Origin: an uncultured delta proteobacterium
GTDB lineage: Bacteria > Myxococcota_A > Polyangia > Polyangiales > Polyangiaceae
Length of the DNA: 64,000 nucleotides
NCBI GenBank assembly: GCA_963716725.1
Contig: CAVQUB010000001.1
Coordinates: 32,001-96,000 of the forward strand
Direction of reading: 5' to 3'
Shown here: in pieces, positions 1-9,981 of the stretch
How positions within the stretch are numbered: position 1 is the stretch's first letter
Layout: each line of letters starts with the position of its first letter
Program-made: the position numbers and the translations under genes
The notes under the pieces: model-generated
Databases searched by the model: none
Told to the model about the DNA's origin: nothing
What the model saw: only the letters and a program-made list of their open reading frames with translations

Positions 1-1133
1 AATCGCAGGCCGGAGTCCCAGATGATCGCGCCGAGGAGCGCGCTGCCGCCGAAGCTGGCGATCAAGAGCAAGCGGACCGAGGGCACCGTGCCCACCAGCG
101 GCAGCATCGCGAGCAACATGCCCAGTCCCGCGGTGCCCAGGAGGCGGCGACCATCGGCATCACTGCGGCGCCAGCTGTCGACCACCAGCGCGATCAGCAC
201 CACGATCGGGATCAGACCGACGAAGATCTTCGGCGATCGCAGGAGGATCATGGCGTACACCTCCTCGCCGGGCTCGAGCACGAACTCGGTGGCGATCATG
301 GCCGGGATCCGCAGCAACGCTTCGGCGGCGAAGTGCCCTGGATTGTCGAAGGGGCCGATGTACACCACCGAACCCTTGGCGCCGTAGCCCAGCGTGACGT
401 GGGCGCCGAGGTAGAGCGCCGCCGGCGCCGCCGCGAGCGCCAGCCCTCGGAGTCGCGCGGACCAGGCCTCGCCCTTGCTGAACAGCTCGTAGGCGGCGAC
501 GTAGCCGAGCGCGCAGATCGCGTACTCGCCGCCCGCAAGCGCCAAGGTGAAGAAGAGCAGCGCGAGCCAGGGCCCGGCGCGCCAGCGATCTTGCCGGTAG
601 CGCAGGTACGCCCACAGGCCCAGGGCGCCGAAGGTCGCGCTGATCAGCGCGGTGCGGTTGCAGATCCAAGCGATGGGGGCGACCAGCGACGAGTCGAAGG
701 CGAGGATGGCCGTGGCGATCAGGGCGGCGCCGTCCGCGAGCAGGCGCCGCGCCAGCAAGAAGTAGCTGCAGATCAGCGCGACGGCCCAGAGCATCGAGTG
801 GATGTGCTGCCCTCGGGGTGAGAGATCGAGCCCGCGTTGATCGACCCAGAGCAGGGCGCTCGAGAGCGGCCGGAGCAGGCTCAGCTTGAGGTCGGGGTGG
901 CTCCACCAGGGCACCACGCCGCCGTCCATCAGCGGCGCGAGCTCACTTTGGCGGTGCAGGAAGGCGTACAGGTCGAGGGGTGAGCGGGGGACGGGGTATC
1001 GTCCCTCGAGCATGGCTCGGTTCAAGAAGTCGTCGGCCGCGAGACCCGCATCGAGCGACGGAAAGTGGAGCCAGAGCGCCACCGCGGCGATCAGCGCCAC
1101 GATGACGACGCTCCGCTGCGCCGCGCTCGACAT
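1..1133 (-). CDS. Multi-pass membrane protein, GT-C/TMTC-like glycosyltransferase fold (3' end runs off the window; not in the ORF track)
   Basis: Manual translation from ATG at 1133: MSSAAQRSVVIVALIAAVALWLHFPSLDAGLAADDF...LLRPLSS...WICNRTAL...GGEYA...GYGAKGS. Open to the window edge, many hydrophobic helices, clear paralog of 4206-5915. Confidence 0.75.
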   Translation of the reverse strand, partial: MSSAAQRSVVIVALIAAVALWLHFPSLDAGLAADDFLNRAMLEGRYPVPRSPLDLYAFLHRQSELAPLMDGGVVPWWSHPDLKLSLLRPLSSALLWVDQRGLDLSPRGQHIHSMLWAVALICSYFLLARRLLADGAALIATAILAFDSSLVAPIAWICNRTALISATFGALGLWAYLRYRQDRWRAGPWLALLFFTLALAGGEYAICALGYVAAYELFSKGEAWSARLRGLALAAAPAALYLGAHVTLGYGAKGSVVYIGPFDNPGHFAAEALLRIPAMIATEFVLEPGEEVYAMILLRSPKIFVGLIPIVVLIALVVDSWRRSDADGRRLLGTAGLGMLLAMLPLVGTVPSVRLLLIASFGGSALLGAIIWDSGLR

Positions 1134-1207
1134 CGGCTGCGACAATGGCGGATTTCCAATACCGCGCAAGGTCCATTAGACTGCCCCGGAGGTTTTCTTT
1201 CGTTCCG

Positions 1208-2041
1208 ATGCTGAGCGCGCTGCGCATCCTGTTCGACGTCGTCGTCTTTAGGTTGCGTCGGCTCGAAATGGCCAACCTCGCCGGCGCGGTCTCGGTGATG
1301 CTGGCTCTGCGACTGCCCGTCAGCGACGTCGTGCTGCGCACGGGCTTCGCGTTGTTGCTCAACGTGCTGGCCTACCTCACCAACGACTACTGTGATCTCG
1401 AGCGCGACTTGAAGGCTGGGCGCGCTGAAGGAAAGACGCGGTTCTTGGCCGAGCACCGTCGGGCTGCCCTGGGCGCACAAATCGCGCTCGGCGCCATCTT
1501 GGCCGCCATCGCCCTCGGTCTGAGCCCGGGACTCTTGGTCGCGCTCGTGTTCGGCGAAGGGCTGTGCTGGCTCTACTCGGTGAAGGTCAAGCGCATGCCC
1601 TTCGCAGACGTGATCGTCATGGCGGTGTGTGGCGGCGCCATGGCCCTCGTCGCGGTGCCGCTCGACCGCGGCCTCGGCTGGCTGCTGGTTGCCCAGCTCG
1701 CGCTGTTCTCCGGCGCCTTCGAGCTGATCCAGGTGATGCGCGATCGAGTGGAAGACGCCGAGAGCGGAGTCGTGACCACCGCGGTGAAGCTGGGCGAGAG
1801 CTCCACCTTGCTCGTGCTTCGGTTCTGGATGGCGTTGACCGCCGCCTTCGCCACCCTGACCCTTCACCGATTCGTCGGCCCCGCGCTCGCGATCGCCATC
1901 TTCCTGCCCTACGCACAGGGTGGCGCCAAGAGTTACTGGAACCAGGTTCGCCTGGTATTTGGCCTGGTTTGGCTCGGCATTGTCGTAGCGACGGCGCTGG
2001 CAGGTCGAAGCCACGGGCTCTGGCTCAAGCTGGGCGACTAG
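1208..2041 (+). CDS. UbiA-family prenyltransferase
   Basis: Asp-rich motifs NDYCDLERD and RDRVEDAESGVVT, the LYS motif and multiple TM segments. Start could also be 1145. Confidence 0.8.
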   Translation: MLSALRILFDVVVFRLRRLEMANLAGAVSVMLALRLPVSDVVLRTGFALLLNVLAYLTNDYCDLERDLKAGRAEGKTRFLAEHRRAALGAQIALGAILAAIALGLSPGLLVALVFGEGLCWLYSVKVKRMPFADVIVMAVCGGAMALVAVPLDRGLGWLLVAQLALFSGAFELIQVMRDRVEDAESGVVTTAVKLGESSTLLVLRFWMALTAAFATLTLHRFVGPALAIAIFLPYAQGGAKSYWNQVRLVFGLVWLGIVVATALAGRSHGLWLKLGD

Positions 2042-2119
2042 TGAGTTTTCTGCTGGCGGCTCGGGGCCACGGACGGTACGTCAGCAGCAGGTGAACCGTT
2101 TGCCGCGACGAGCAACGAG

Positions 2120-3490
2120 ATGACCGCGCTTCCGGCCGCCGGCGACACTTTCGCGGATCGCTACCGCGTCCACGATCGACTGGGGCAGGGGGGACACGGG
2201 GCGGTGTTTCGCGCGACCGACACCTTTCTCGATACCGACGTGGCGCTCAAGATCCTGCTTCCGGAACAGCTTGACGGGGTGGGTCGTGACCGCTTCCGTC
2301 GCGAGGCCGAGCTGGGCGAGCGCCTGACCAGCCCGCACAGCGTTCGGATCTACGGCCACGGCGAAGACGGAAACGGAGTGCCGTATATCGCCTTCGAGTT
2401 GCTCGAAGGCAGCGCGCTCTCTCGGCACTTGGCCGACCATGGGCCTCTGCCCTTGGAGCTGGTGACGCAGATCGCTCGCGCGACGCTCGATGCGCTGGCG
2501 GAAGCCCACGACCTGGGCATGGTTCACCGGGACATCAAGCCGGCGAACATCTACTTGTGCGAATACCGGGGCAGCGCGGACTTCGTCAAGGTTCTCGACT
2601 TCGGCATCGCCAAGCGATCTGACCGCAACGCAACCCAGTTGACGGCCGCGGACGTGGTCGTGGGCACGGCCCGTTACATGGCACCCGAACAGATCCGCGG
2701 CGACGAGATCTCGGCGGCGACCGACCTCTACTCGCTGGGTTTGGTGATGGCCGAGCTGCTGATGGCGGAGCCTGTGTTCCGCGGCGCCATCATCGACATG
2801 TGCATCGAGCAGGTTTCGGCGCGCGGCGTGCCGCTGCCCCAAGCCGTGCTGGCTTCTCCGCTGGGAGCGATCATCGCGCGGGCCACGGACAAACACCCCC
2901 CCGCGCGGTATCGGACTGCGCGCGAGATGCTCGCGGCGCTGCCGTCGTCGGGGCCCCGGACGGCCTTCTACGACGACGAAGGGCCCACCCAGGTCGTCGT
3001 GGCGCCAGCGCCGATGCCCCAGGTCCCACCGCGGCCGGGTGCAACGCTGATCTACGGAGACGACTCGGCTGTCGCGCCCACTCCAGCCCCCGCGCCCGCG
3101 GCGGCCACTACCTTGGTCTTCGGCGTGGTGCCCGGCTCGGACGCGCCGATCTCCGTGACCGCGATTCACTCCCCCGCCGCGTCGCTGCTCGCCCTCCCGG
3201 AGGTCCCGACCTCGAACCCCGTGATTGCTGCGGTGCCCACGTCGACTCCGCCTTTTTCTGCGGCCTCGCTGTCGATCCCCCCATCACACCCGGCGTTTTC
3301 GCCGCGGACGTCCCACTCGCATCCCTCACCCGGGCCGACGGACCTCGCGCGACCCGTCACGAGCACGACCTGGGTGCTGGGGATTCTGACGGCGTTCGTA
3401 CTGCTCGCGGCGTTGCTCGCCGCCGGCGCGTTGCTCGCGACTTCGCCCCAGTCGGCGGAGGCGCCTCCACCGATGCCGTCGTCGCGCTGA
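2120..3490 (+). CDS. Ser/Thr protein kinase with Pro-rich linker and C-terminal TM helix
   Basis: GQGGHG, VALK, HRDIKPAN, DFG, YMAPE motifs. Confidence 0.92.
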   Translation: MTALPAAGDTFADRYRVHDRLGQGGHGAVFRATDTFLDTDVALKILLPEQLDGVGRDRFRREAELGERLTSPHSVRIYGHGEDGNGVPYIAFELLEGSALSRHLADHGPLPLELVTQIARATLDALAEAHDLGMVHRDIKPANIYLCEYRGSADFVKVLDFGIAKRSDRNATQLTAADVVVGTARYMAPEQIRGDEISAATDLYSLGLVMAELLMAEPVFRGAIIDMCIEQVSARGVPLPQAVLASPLGAIIARATDKHPPARYRTAREMLAALPSSGPRTAFYDDEGPTQVVVAPAPMPQVPPRPGATLIYGDDSAVAPTPAPAPAAATTLVFGVVPGSDAPISVTAIHSPAASLLALPEVPTSNPVIAAVPTSTPPFSAASLSIPPSHPAFSPRTSHSHPSPGPTDLARPVTSTTWVLGILTAFVLLAALLAAGALLATSPQSAEAPPPMPSSR

Positions 3491-3634
3491 TCAACTTCGA
3501 CTAGTACCGCGCGGCAGAAGTTTCGCTGGCTTCTTTTCCGTGTGCGTGTCGTCGGCGTAGTGGGGCATGATCGACTACAGCGCGTTCGCGGGCCGAGCGC
3601 ACGGTGGTCGTCCGACGGTTCCGCTCGCACGGGG

Positions 3635-4078
3635 ATGGCACAGGAAGGGCGAAAGCTCGGAAGATTTGGGGATGGGACGGACGAGGTGATCGGTGCGCTG
3701 ATCGAGGTGCATCGGCATCTCGGTCCAGGGCAGATGGAATCCGCATACGAGGCCTGTCTATCTGCCGAGCTGTCCGAACGACGGCTCAGGTTCGAGCGGC
3801 AGCGACCGCTACCAATCCGCTACCAATCCGCCAAAAAGGCGTGCACCTTGACTGCGCCTATCGCCTCGACCTGGTCGCTTCCAGATCATATCCTCCTGGA
3901 GCTCGGGGCGGTCGAGCGGCTGCTCCCGATTCACGAAGCGCAGGTCATCACCTATCTGCGCCTTTCGCAGTTGCCTGTCGGCCTGCTCGTCAACTTCAAC
4001 GTGACCGCGCTCAGAAATGGCCTGCGGGGGCTCACGCCTGACCCCCCCAATCCTTCCGCTCTTCCGCCCTTCCTGTGA
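3635..4078 (+). pseudogene. GxxExxY (PD-(D/E)xK-like) protein, degenerate or with compensating frameshifts
   Basis: GQMESAY motif and HEAQVITYLRL...GLLVNFN are in frame. The conserved KGVHLDCAYRLDLV segment lies in another frame, and ELK reads ELG. Confidence 0.65.
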
Positions 4079-4205
4079 GAGCCCAAATGAGCGCGGGTCT
4101 CAGGCGCGAATCCACTCGAACTTCAGCCGCGCGGCACTAGCGAGCAGAGCGCTGCGGCGTCGCCGCCTTCGAGCGCGCGCAAGTCGAGGCGATCCAGTTT
4201 CGAGC

Positions 4206-5915
4206 TCATCGGGTGGGCTCCAACACGCGCCTTTCGCCCGCGCGCGGCGGCGTCGTCGGCACGAAGCTGGTGCCGTTCCAGTCCACGAACCGAAGTCGTT
4301 CGCTAGCCAAGGGCCAGTTGAAGCGGAATGTGACCGCCACGGGTTCGCCCGCCGGAGTGCTCTCGGTGACCAGCGCTTCCAGCGTGCCGATGTACACGCG
4401 GTCGCCCGCGCGCAGGGGGCTGGCACGGCTGCGAAATATCCGATTGAAAGGCTCCTCGAGGTAACCCGCGGGTGCCCTCAGCGACAGCGCGTTGTCGTCC
4501 ACGCGTGCTATCTCGACGCTGCCTCGACCCGCGTATAGGCAGACCATCGCGGGAGCCGGCCTGCGAACCGCGAGGTGGTGCAGGGCGCGCATGAGCGAGC
4601 AGAAATAGTAGTCCGGGGCGCCGAAGGCGACCACGAGGTCGTCGCCGGACGTTACGTTTGCGTAGGCACTGGCGCTCGCTGCCAGCGCGTGGTCGTGGAA
4701 GCGCTTCATTGTCAGCGACCGCCAGGGCAGGAGCGCGGGCGCTGCGATCAAATGCAGGACTGCCGCCGACAGGGCCAGCGTCTTCAGCGCGAGCGACGCG
4801 CGCTCGAGCGCCAACGAGATCAGCGTCGCGAGGCCGATGGCGGCTCCCAGGCCCGCGAACAGCAGGGTCCGGTCGCTGGGAGCGGTCGCCGCTGCGGGAA
4901 CCAGCGACAGCAGCATGCCGGCGAGACCGAAGCGAAGGGCTCCGCGAGATCTGCCCGCCGAACGTGTCGCAACGACGAGCGCGCCAAACGCCGCTGCACC
5001 CGGGAGTGCAAGCCAGAGCTGGGAGCCGTCGCCCAACCCGACCCAGGCGTCGGAGGGAGGGTAGCCGAGCTGTCCCAGGAGGAGCGCCCCCATGCGCGAC
5101 GGGAGCGCCGAGGCGAAGGTGAGGGGTGCTCCGATGGGGTCGAGGTAGATCCCGGAACCGCTGCTCCCGTATCCGAGCGCGCGGTAGAGCAGGGCCCAGC
5201 CGACTACCACCGAGAGCGCCGGCAGCAGTGCGAGCCAGCGTCGTGGGCCGCCGTCGAGGAAGAGCGTGTAGGTCACGAAATATGCCAGGGCCGCCAGGCC
5301 GAGCTCGCTCGAGCCGAGGCACAGCCCGAGCAGGGCGGGCGCGAGCCAGGCGTGAACGCGGGAGCCATCGCGCCGCCAGCGATCGTGGCTGAGGAGCGCG
5401 CCGAATCCGAAGGCCGCCGCGAGCACGGCGTTGCGGTTCGCGAGCCAACCCACCGCGTGCCCGTGCACGTCGTCGACGGCGTAGATCAGCCCGGCGAGCC
5501 CTGCCAGCCAGGCTTCGGGGACGATGCGCCGGAGCAGGGTTGCCACCAGACCCACGAGGGAGGCGAAGAGCACGATGCTCTCGACGTGCATGAGCCAGAC
5601 CGCGTCTCCCAACACCCGGTAGTCGAAGACGGTCCACAGACTCGACACCGGTCGGAAGAACGAGATGCGCAGCTCCGGCGAGGTGAGCCAGGGCAGGAGA
5701 CCGTCGCGTTGCCCCGCTTGCACGTCGACCGCCGTTCGCAGCGCGGAGTACAGGTTGACGCTCTCGCTGAGCGGGCGAGCCGCGTTTGCGCGGAGGGCGA
5801 AGTCTTCGGTGGCCAGCCCCGCGACGAGCGACGGGCTGGCGAGCACCAGCGCGATGAGCGCGAACGCGACGGGTGCGCGCGGGCTCGCGAGCCAGCCGCG
5901 CCACCCGGGCCCCAT
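4206..5915 (-). CDS. Multi-pass membrane protein, GT-C/TMTC-like glycosyltransferase fold
   Basis: LATEDF, FFRPVSS, WLANRNA, SSELG, GYGSSGSG motifs shared with 1-1133; many TM helices plus a soluble C-terminal domain. Confidence 0.75.
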   Translation of the reverse strand: MGPGWRGWLASPRAPVAFALIALVLASPSLVAGLATEDFALRANAARPLSESVNLYSALRTAVDVQAGQRDGLLPWLTSPELRISFFRPVSSLWTVFDYRVLGDAVWLMHVESIVLFASLVGLVATLLRRIVPEAWLAGLAGLIYAVDDVHGHAVGWLANRNAVLAAAFGFGALLSHDRWRRDGSRVHAWLAPALLGLCLGSSELGLAALAYFVTYTLFLDGGPRRWLALLPALSVVVGWALLYRALGYGSSGSGIYLDPIGAPLTFASALPSRMGALLLGQLGYPPSDAWVGLGDGSQLWLALPGAAAFGALVVATRSAGRSRGALRFGLAGMLLSLVPAAATAPSDRTLLFAGLGAAIGLATLISLALERASLALKTLALSAAVLHLIAAPALLPWRSLTMKRFHDHALAASASAYANVTSGDDLVVAFGAPDYYFCSLMRALHHLAVRRPAPAMVCLYAGRGSVEIARVDDNALSLRAPAGYLEEPFNRIFRSRASPLRAGDRVYIGTLEALVTESTPAGEPVAVTFRFNWPLASERLRFVDWNGTSFVPTTPPRAGERRVLEPTR

Positions 5916-5925
5916 CACACCTGGC

Positions 5926-6255
5926 TCACTCCTCGTCTTTCGGGTCGACGGGTCCCACCGGTGGGGGCGGGTGCGAGTGCGAGACGCTGGACTGCCCGTG
6001 CTCGTACGCGCGGCTCGACGCCAGCTGAAACAGCGCCTTGCCACCGGCGACGTCCGGATGCTGTCGCATGAGCTGGATCAACTTCTGCATCGCGAGCGGA
6101 GGCGGCACCGAGTCGTCGTAGAGCGAGAGCTTGATGCGCAGCACTTCGCAGGCCGGACTCGAGGTGGCCTCGTCGAGCGCTTGCCGCGCCGCTTCGTACT
6201 CCCCAGCTTCGAGCATTTCATCGATGGCGCGGAGGTGGTCGGAGGTGTCTGACAT
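5926..6255 (-). CDS. Hypothetical helical protein (109 aa)
   Basis: MSDTSDHLRAIDEMLEAGEYEAARQAL...; natural composition, ends just upstream of the 5915 start. Confidence 0.65.
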   Translation of the reverse strand: MSDTSDHLRAIDEMLEAGEYEAARQALDEATSSPACEVLRIKLSLYDDSVPPPLAMQKLIQLMRQHPDVAGGKALFQLASSRAYEHGQSSVSHSHPPPPVGPVDPKDEE

Positions 6256-6421
6256 TGGACCGCTCGGGAGGCCCGCGGGTGGGGGCCGTCCGCAGTCTAC
6301 GGAAGCTCGGGGGAGTGAGCAAAGCTCTTGGTCCCGGCCCTTGGTAAGGGCGCCGGCGGCGTGGTACGGTTTGCCGCGTTCCGGGGCTGCCCGGGCTGGA
6401 TTCGCAGGTGAAGCCGAGGCG

Positions 6422-7276
6422 ATGGTGAGCGAGAAGAAAGGACGGAGGGGCGGGGCGAGCGATGCGCCGCCGGCCGACCTCAAGCGGGAGCGCGACGAGC
6501 TGTTGCACACCATCTCCAAGGGCACGCGCATCACCGAGGAGTTCGCTCGGGACCACGAGCGCCTCGAGACGAAGCTCCGGGAGCTCGAGACCGAGAACGC
6601 CAGCCTGCGCGCCAAGGTCGAAGCCGACTCCGCGGTGCGCGAACTCCTCGAGAAGATCGCGCAGCTCGAAACCGAGAAGACCGACCTGGTTTCCCGCTTC
6701 CACGCCGCCGAGGCGGCCTCGTCGGAGGTGAGTGCACGCGTCGAAGAGATCGAGACCGAGTTCGCGAATCTGGCGAACCTCTTCGTGGCCAGCAACCAGC
6801 TGCACGCGAGCCTGTCACCACGGGGCGTCATGCGCCGCATCAAGGAGGTTCTGGCTCAGCTCGTGGGCGCAGAACGCTATTGCCTGTACCTGGCCAACGC
6901 CGAACGGAACGAGCTCGTGCCCGTGGCCTTCGAGGGGGTGCCCGGTGATCGGGTCGCCGCCGTCAGCATCGAGCGACACGCCCTCGGCGAGGTCTTCCGG
7001 AGCGGTTCGGCCGTGGTGGACGAAGACCGAGACCCGAGTCAGGGCGACTTCGACGCCCCGGCCGCCGTCATCCCCTTGAAGGTCGACGACCAGAACGTGG
7101 GCGTCATCGCCATCTTCAGCACCTTGTCCCAGAAGAACCGATTCGACACCATAGACTTCGAGCTGTTCAAGCTCTTGGGCCAGCAGGCGGCTTCCGCGCT
7201 GGTCAGCGCCAGCCTCTTTGCTCGGGCGGAGCGCAAACTACCGGGACTCGAGTCCTTCATCGATCTCAGCGTGTGA
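6422..7276 (+). CDS. Coiled-coil plus GAF domain protein
   Basis: Glu/Lys/Leu heptad region followed by a GAF signature (LASL...AVIPLKVDDQNVGVIAIF...DFELFKLLGQQAASAL); stop overlaps the next gene. Confidence 0.85.
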   Translation: MVSEKKGRRGGASDAPPADLKRERDELLHTISKGTRITEEFARDHERLETKLRELETENASLRAKVEADSAVRELLEKIAQLETEKTDLVSRFHAAEAASSEVSARVEEIETEFANLANLFVASNQLHASLSPRGVMRRIKEVLAQLVGAERYCLYLANAERNELVPVAFEGVPGDRVAAVSIERHALGEVFRSGSAVVDEDRDPSQGDFDAPAAVIPLKVDDQNVGVIAIFSTLSQKNRFDTIDFELFKLLGQQAASALVSASLFARAERKLPGLESFIDLSV

Positions 7277-7656
7277 ACATGGCCGAATACTCCTGCTTGA
7301 TTGTCGAAGACTCGCCGATGATGCGGCAGCTTCTGGTCTTCGCGCTTGCGCGAGTCAAGAACTTGCGCGTGACGGAGGCGGACGATGGAGTGGATGGACT
7401 GCGCAAGCTCGCGTCCGCTCGCTTCGACATCATCGTCACCGACATCAACATGCCCATCATGGATGGGCTCAAACTGGTCAAGCGGGTGCGCGGCGATCCG
7501 GTGCACAAAGACACGCCCATCGTGATCATCACCACCGAGGGATCACACGAAGATCGTCAGCGCGCCCTGCAGCTCGGCGCCAATGCCTACATCACCAAGC
7601 CCATCCAGGCGCCCCAGGTGATCGCGACGGTCAAAGAGCTGCTGAAGATCGAGTAG
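7273..7656 (+). CDS. Single-domain CheY-like response regulator
   Basis: LIVEDS, TDINMPIMDG (phospho-Asp), IIT, YITKP. Start GTG 7273 or ATG 7279. Confidence 0.92.
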   Translation: MNMAEYSCLIVEDSPMMRQLLVFALARVKNLRVTEADDGVDGLRKLASARFDIIVTDINMPIMDGLKLVKRVRGDPVHKDTPIVIITTEGSHEDRQRALQLGANAYITKPIQAPQVIATVKELLKIE

Positions 7657-7670
7657 TCCGCCTGACCTGG

Positions 7671-8288
7671 GTGAAGATCTGTGGTGTCACCCGGGTGGAG
7701 GATGCGGAGCTCTGCGTCGCCGCGGGAGCGGACGCCCTCGGTCTGAACTTCATCCCAGGGTCGCTTCGCCGCGTCGATCTGATGGCTGCAAAACGTATCG
7801 CGGCGTGGTGCCGTGGACGCATCGAGATCGTGGGCGTCATCGCGGATCTCGCGCTGGACGCAGCCCGGGAGCTCCGCGACGAAATCAGTCTGGACGCGCT
7901 GCAGCTGCACGGCCACGAGCCGCCGGAGGTACTCGTGGGGTTGCTTCCGCATGCGTTCAAGGCCCTGCGGATCGGCAGCGCTTCGGATCTGGCCGAGGCC
8001 GCTCACTTCGGCGGGGATCGCATCCTGATTGACGCCAAGGTCGGCGACTCGCTCGGTGGTACCGGCCAGCGCGTCGAGCTGGACCTCGCGCGATCCATCG
8101 CGGCGAGTCGTCGTGTGATCCTCGCTGGCGGGCTTCGAGCGCCAGACGTGGCGGAGGTCATCCGAGTGGTCATGCCCTGGGGTGTCGACGTCGCCAGCGG
8201 CGTCGAAGTCCCTGGACGTCCGGGCCTGAAGTCCGAATCTGCCGTCCGCGCGTTCGTGCGAGAAGCGCGTCGCTTCGAGACGATCTAG
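7671..8288 (+). CDS. trpF: Phosphoribosylanthranilate isomerase
   Basis: VKICGVT, QLHGHE, GGTG, LAGGL, GVDVASGVE...K motifs. Start GTG 7671, or possibly CTG 7662 giving MTWVKICG. Confidence 0.92.
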   Translation: MKICGVTRVEDAELCVAAGADALGLNFIPGSLRRVDLMAAKRIAAWCRGRIEIVGVIADLALDAARELRDEISLDALQLHGHEPPEVLVGLLPHAFKALRIGSASDLAEAAHFGGDRILIDAKVGDSLGGTGQRVELDLARSIAASRRVILAGGLRAPDVAEVIRVVMPWGVDVASGVEVPGRPGLKSESAVRAFVREARRFETI

Positions 8289-8299
8289 GCTGCGGACTC

Positions 8300-8776
8300 A
8301 TGCTTCGACTCTCGGTGTTCGGCCTGATCGCGAGCCTCGGCTGCTCCGCGGCGGGGGTCCGCGGCGGCGAGACCGTCCGTCCGGGTCAGGAGCCGGCGGG
8401 CCGTGCCATCGCCAGCTTCACGGCCGTCGAGTGCGTGGACGCCGAAGGTGGTGCACTGGCGCACCCGGCTCGAGCGCTGTTGGTGGAGGAGGAGCCCAAG
8501 CGGAGCCTGCTCGTGATTACCAGGCCCAGTTACGACTCGCTCGCGCTGCGTGAGCCACGGATCGAAGGACGGGAACTGGTCTTTCAGGCCACCCTCCAGG
8601 ACGAGAGCGGCGCTCGCGTGCTGCATGACTACCGGCTTCCGGAGGGTGGCGGCGACGGGCGAATGGCCGTCGCGACGGAGTTTGTCGAGGCACCGGCGGC
8701 GCCGGGCCACGTTTCGGCCAAAGTGGCGCGCATCGTCTTTGCGTGCCGATTGGTGAAAGAGCGGGGCGCGCAGTGA
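8300..8776 (+). CDS. Hypothetical lipoprotein inside the trp cluster
   Basis: Signal peptide with lipobox LGC; sits between trpF and trpB, and its stop overlaps a GTG. Confidence 0.7.
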   Translation: MLRLSVFGLIASLGCSAAGVRGGETVRPGQEPAGRAIASFTAVECVDAEGGALAHPARALLVEEEPKRSLLVITRPSYDSLALREPRIEGRELVFQATLQDESGARVLHDYRLPEGGGDGRMAVATEFVEAPAAPGHVSAKVARIVFACRLVKERGAQ

Positions 8777-9981
8777 CGGATTGAGAGCTCCGCGCGGGAT
8801 ACTTCGGCGAGTTCGGAGGACGCTTCGTCGCCGAGACCCTCGTGCCCGCGCTGGTCGAGCTCGAGAGCGCGCTGCACGAGGTGGTGCTCACCGAGCCGTT
8901 TCAGGGCGAGTGGCGCGCGCTCCTCTCTTCCTACGTCGGTCGTCCGACCCCGCTCTGGCGCGCAGACCGTCTCGCGAGGGCCGTTGACCCATCCGGGCGC
9001 GATCTCGGAGAGCTCTGGCTCAAGCGCGAGGATCTCTGTCACACGGGCGCTCACAAGATCAACAACGCGCTCGGGCAAGTGCTCCTGGCGAAGAAGCTCG
9101 GAAAGCGCCGTATCATCGCCGAGACGGGCGCGGGCCAACACGGGGTCGCGACCGCGACCGCGGCCGCGGTCATGCAGCTGCCCTGCGACGTGTACATGGG
9201 CGCCGTGGACGTCGCCCGGCAAGCGCCCAACGTCGAGCGCATGAAGATGCTGGGGGCTCGCGTCATCGCCGTGGAGAGCGGCTCGCGCACGCTGAAGGAC
9301 GCCATGAACGAGGCCCTGCGCGACTGGGTCACGAACGTGGCTGGAACCCACTATTGCGTGGGATCCGCGGCGGGGCCCCATCCGTACCCCACGCTGGTCG
9401 CCGAGTTGCAGCGCGTGATCGGCGACGAGACCAGGGCGCAGTGGGCGGGGGGGCCGGGCGGACTGCCCGATGCGGTGGTCGCTTGCATCGGTGGGGGCTC
9501 GAACGCCATCGGCATGTTCCGCGCCTTCATCGACGATGACGTCGCGCTGCACGGCGTCGAGGCCGCGGGCGAGGGAGTGCAGACCTCCCGCCATGCGGCC
9601 ACGCTGACTCGGGGTCGTGTCGGGGTGTTGCATGGGGCGCGCACCTTGGTGCTCTCGGACGACGACGGGCAGATCCTCGAGGCGCACTCGGTGAGCGCGG
9701 GCCTCGATTACCCCGGTGTCGGTCCCGAGCACGCGGCGTTGATGCGTTCCGGGCGTGCGCGATACACGACGGCGACCGACGCGGCCGCCATTGCCGCCGC
9801 GCACCTGGTCGCACGAAGCGAGGGCATCGTGGTTGCGCTGGAGACCGCCCATGCCTTCGCTGCCCTGGGCGAGATCGCGGGCGTCGAGCGAGAGCGGCTC
9901 GGTCGACCGGTGCGCATTGCGCTGTGCCTCTCGGGGCGAGGCGACAAGGATTTGGCCACGCTGTCGGAGCGTTTGCCATGA
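8773..9981 (+). CDS. trpB: Tryptophan synthase beta chain (5' lesion: in-frame TGA at 8782-8784 or a 1-nt indel)
   Basis: GYFGEFGGRFV, KREDLCHTGAHKINN, ETGAGQHG, GGGSNA, SAGLDYPGVGPEH, LSGRGDKD. Confidence 0.93.

Noticed and set aside
7218..7670. Long N-terminal extension of trpF in the ORF track
   Set aside because: It overlaps the CheY-like gene in another frame; TrpF homology starts at WVKICG.
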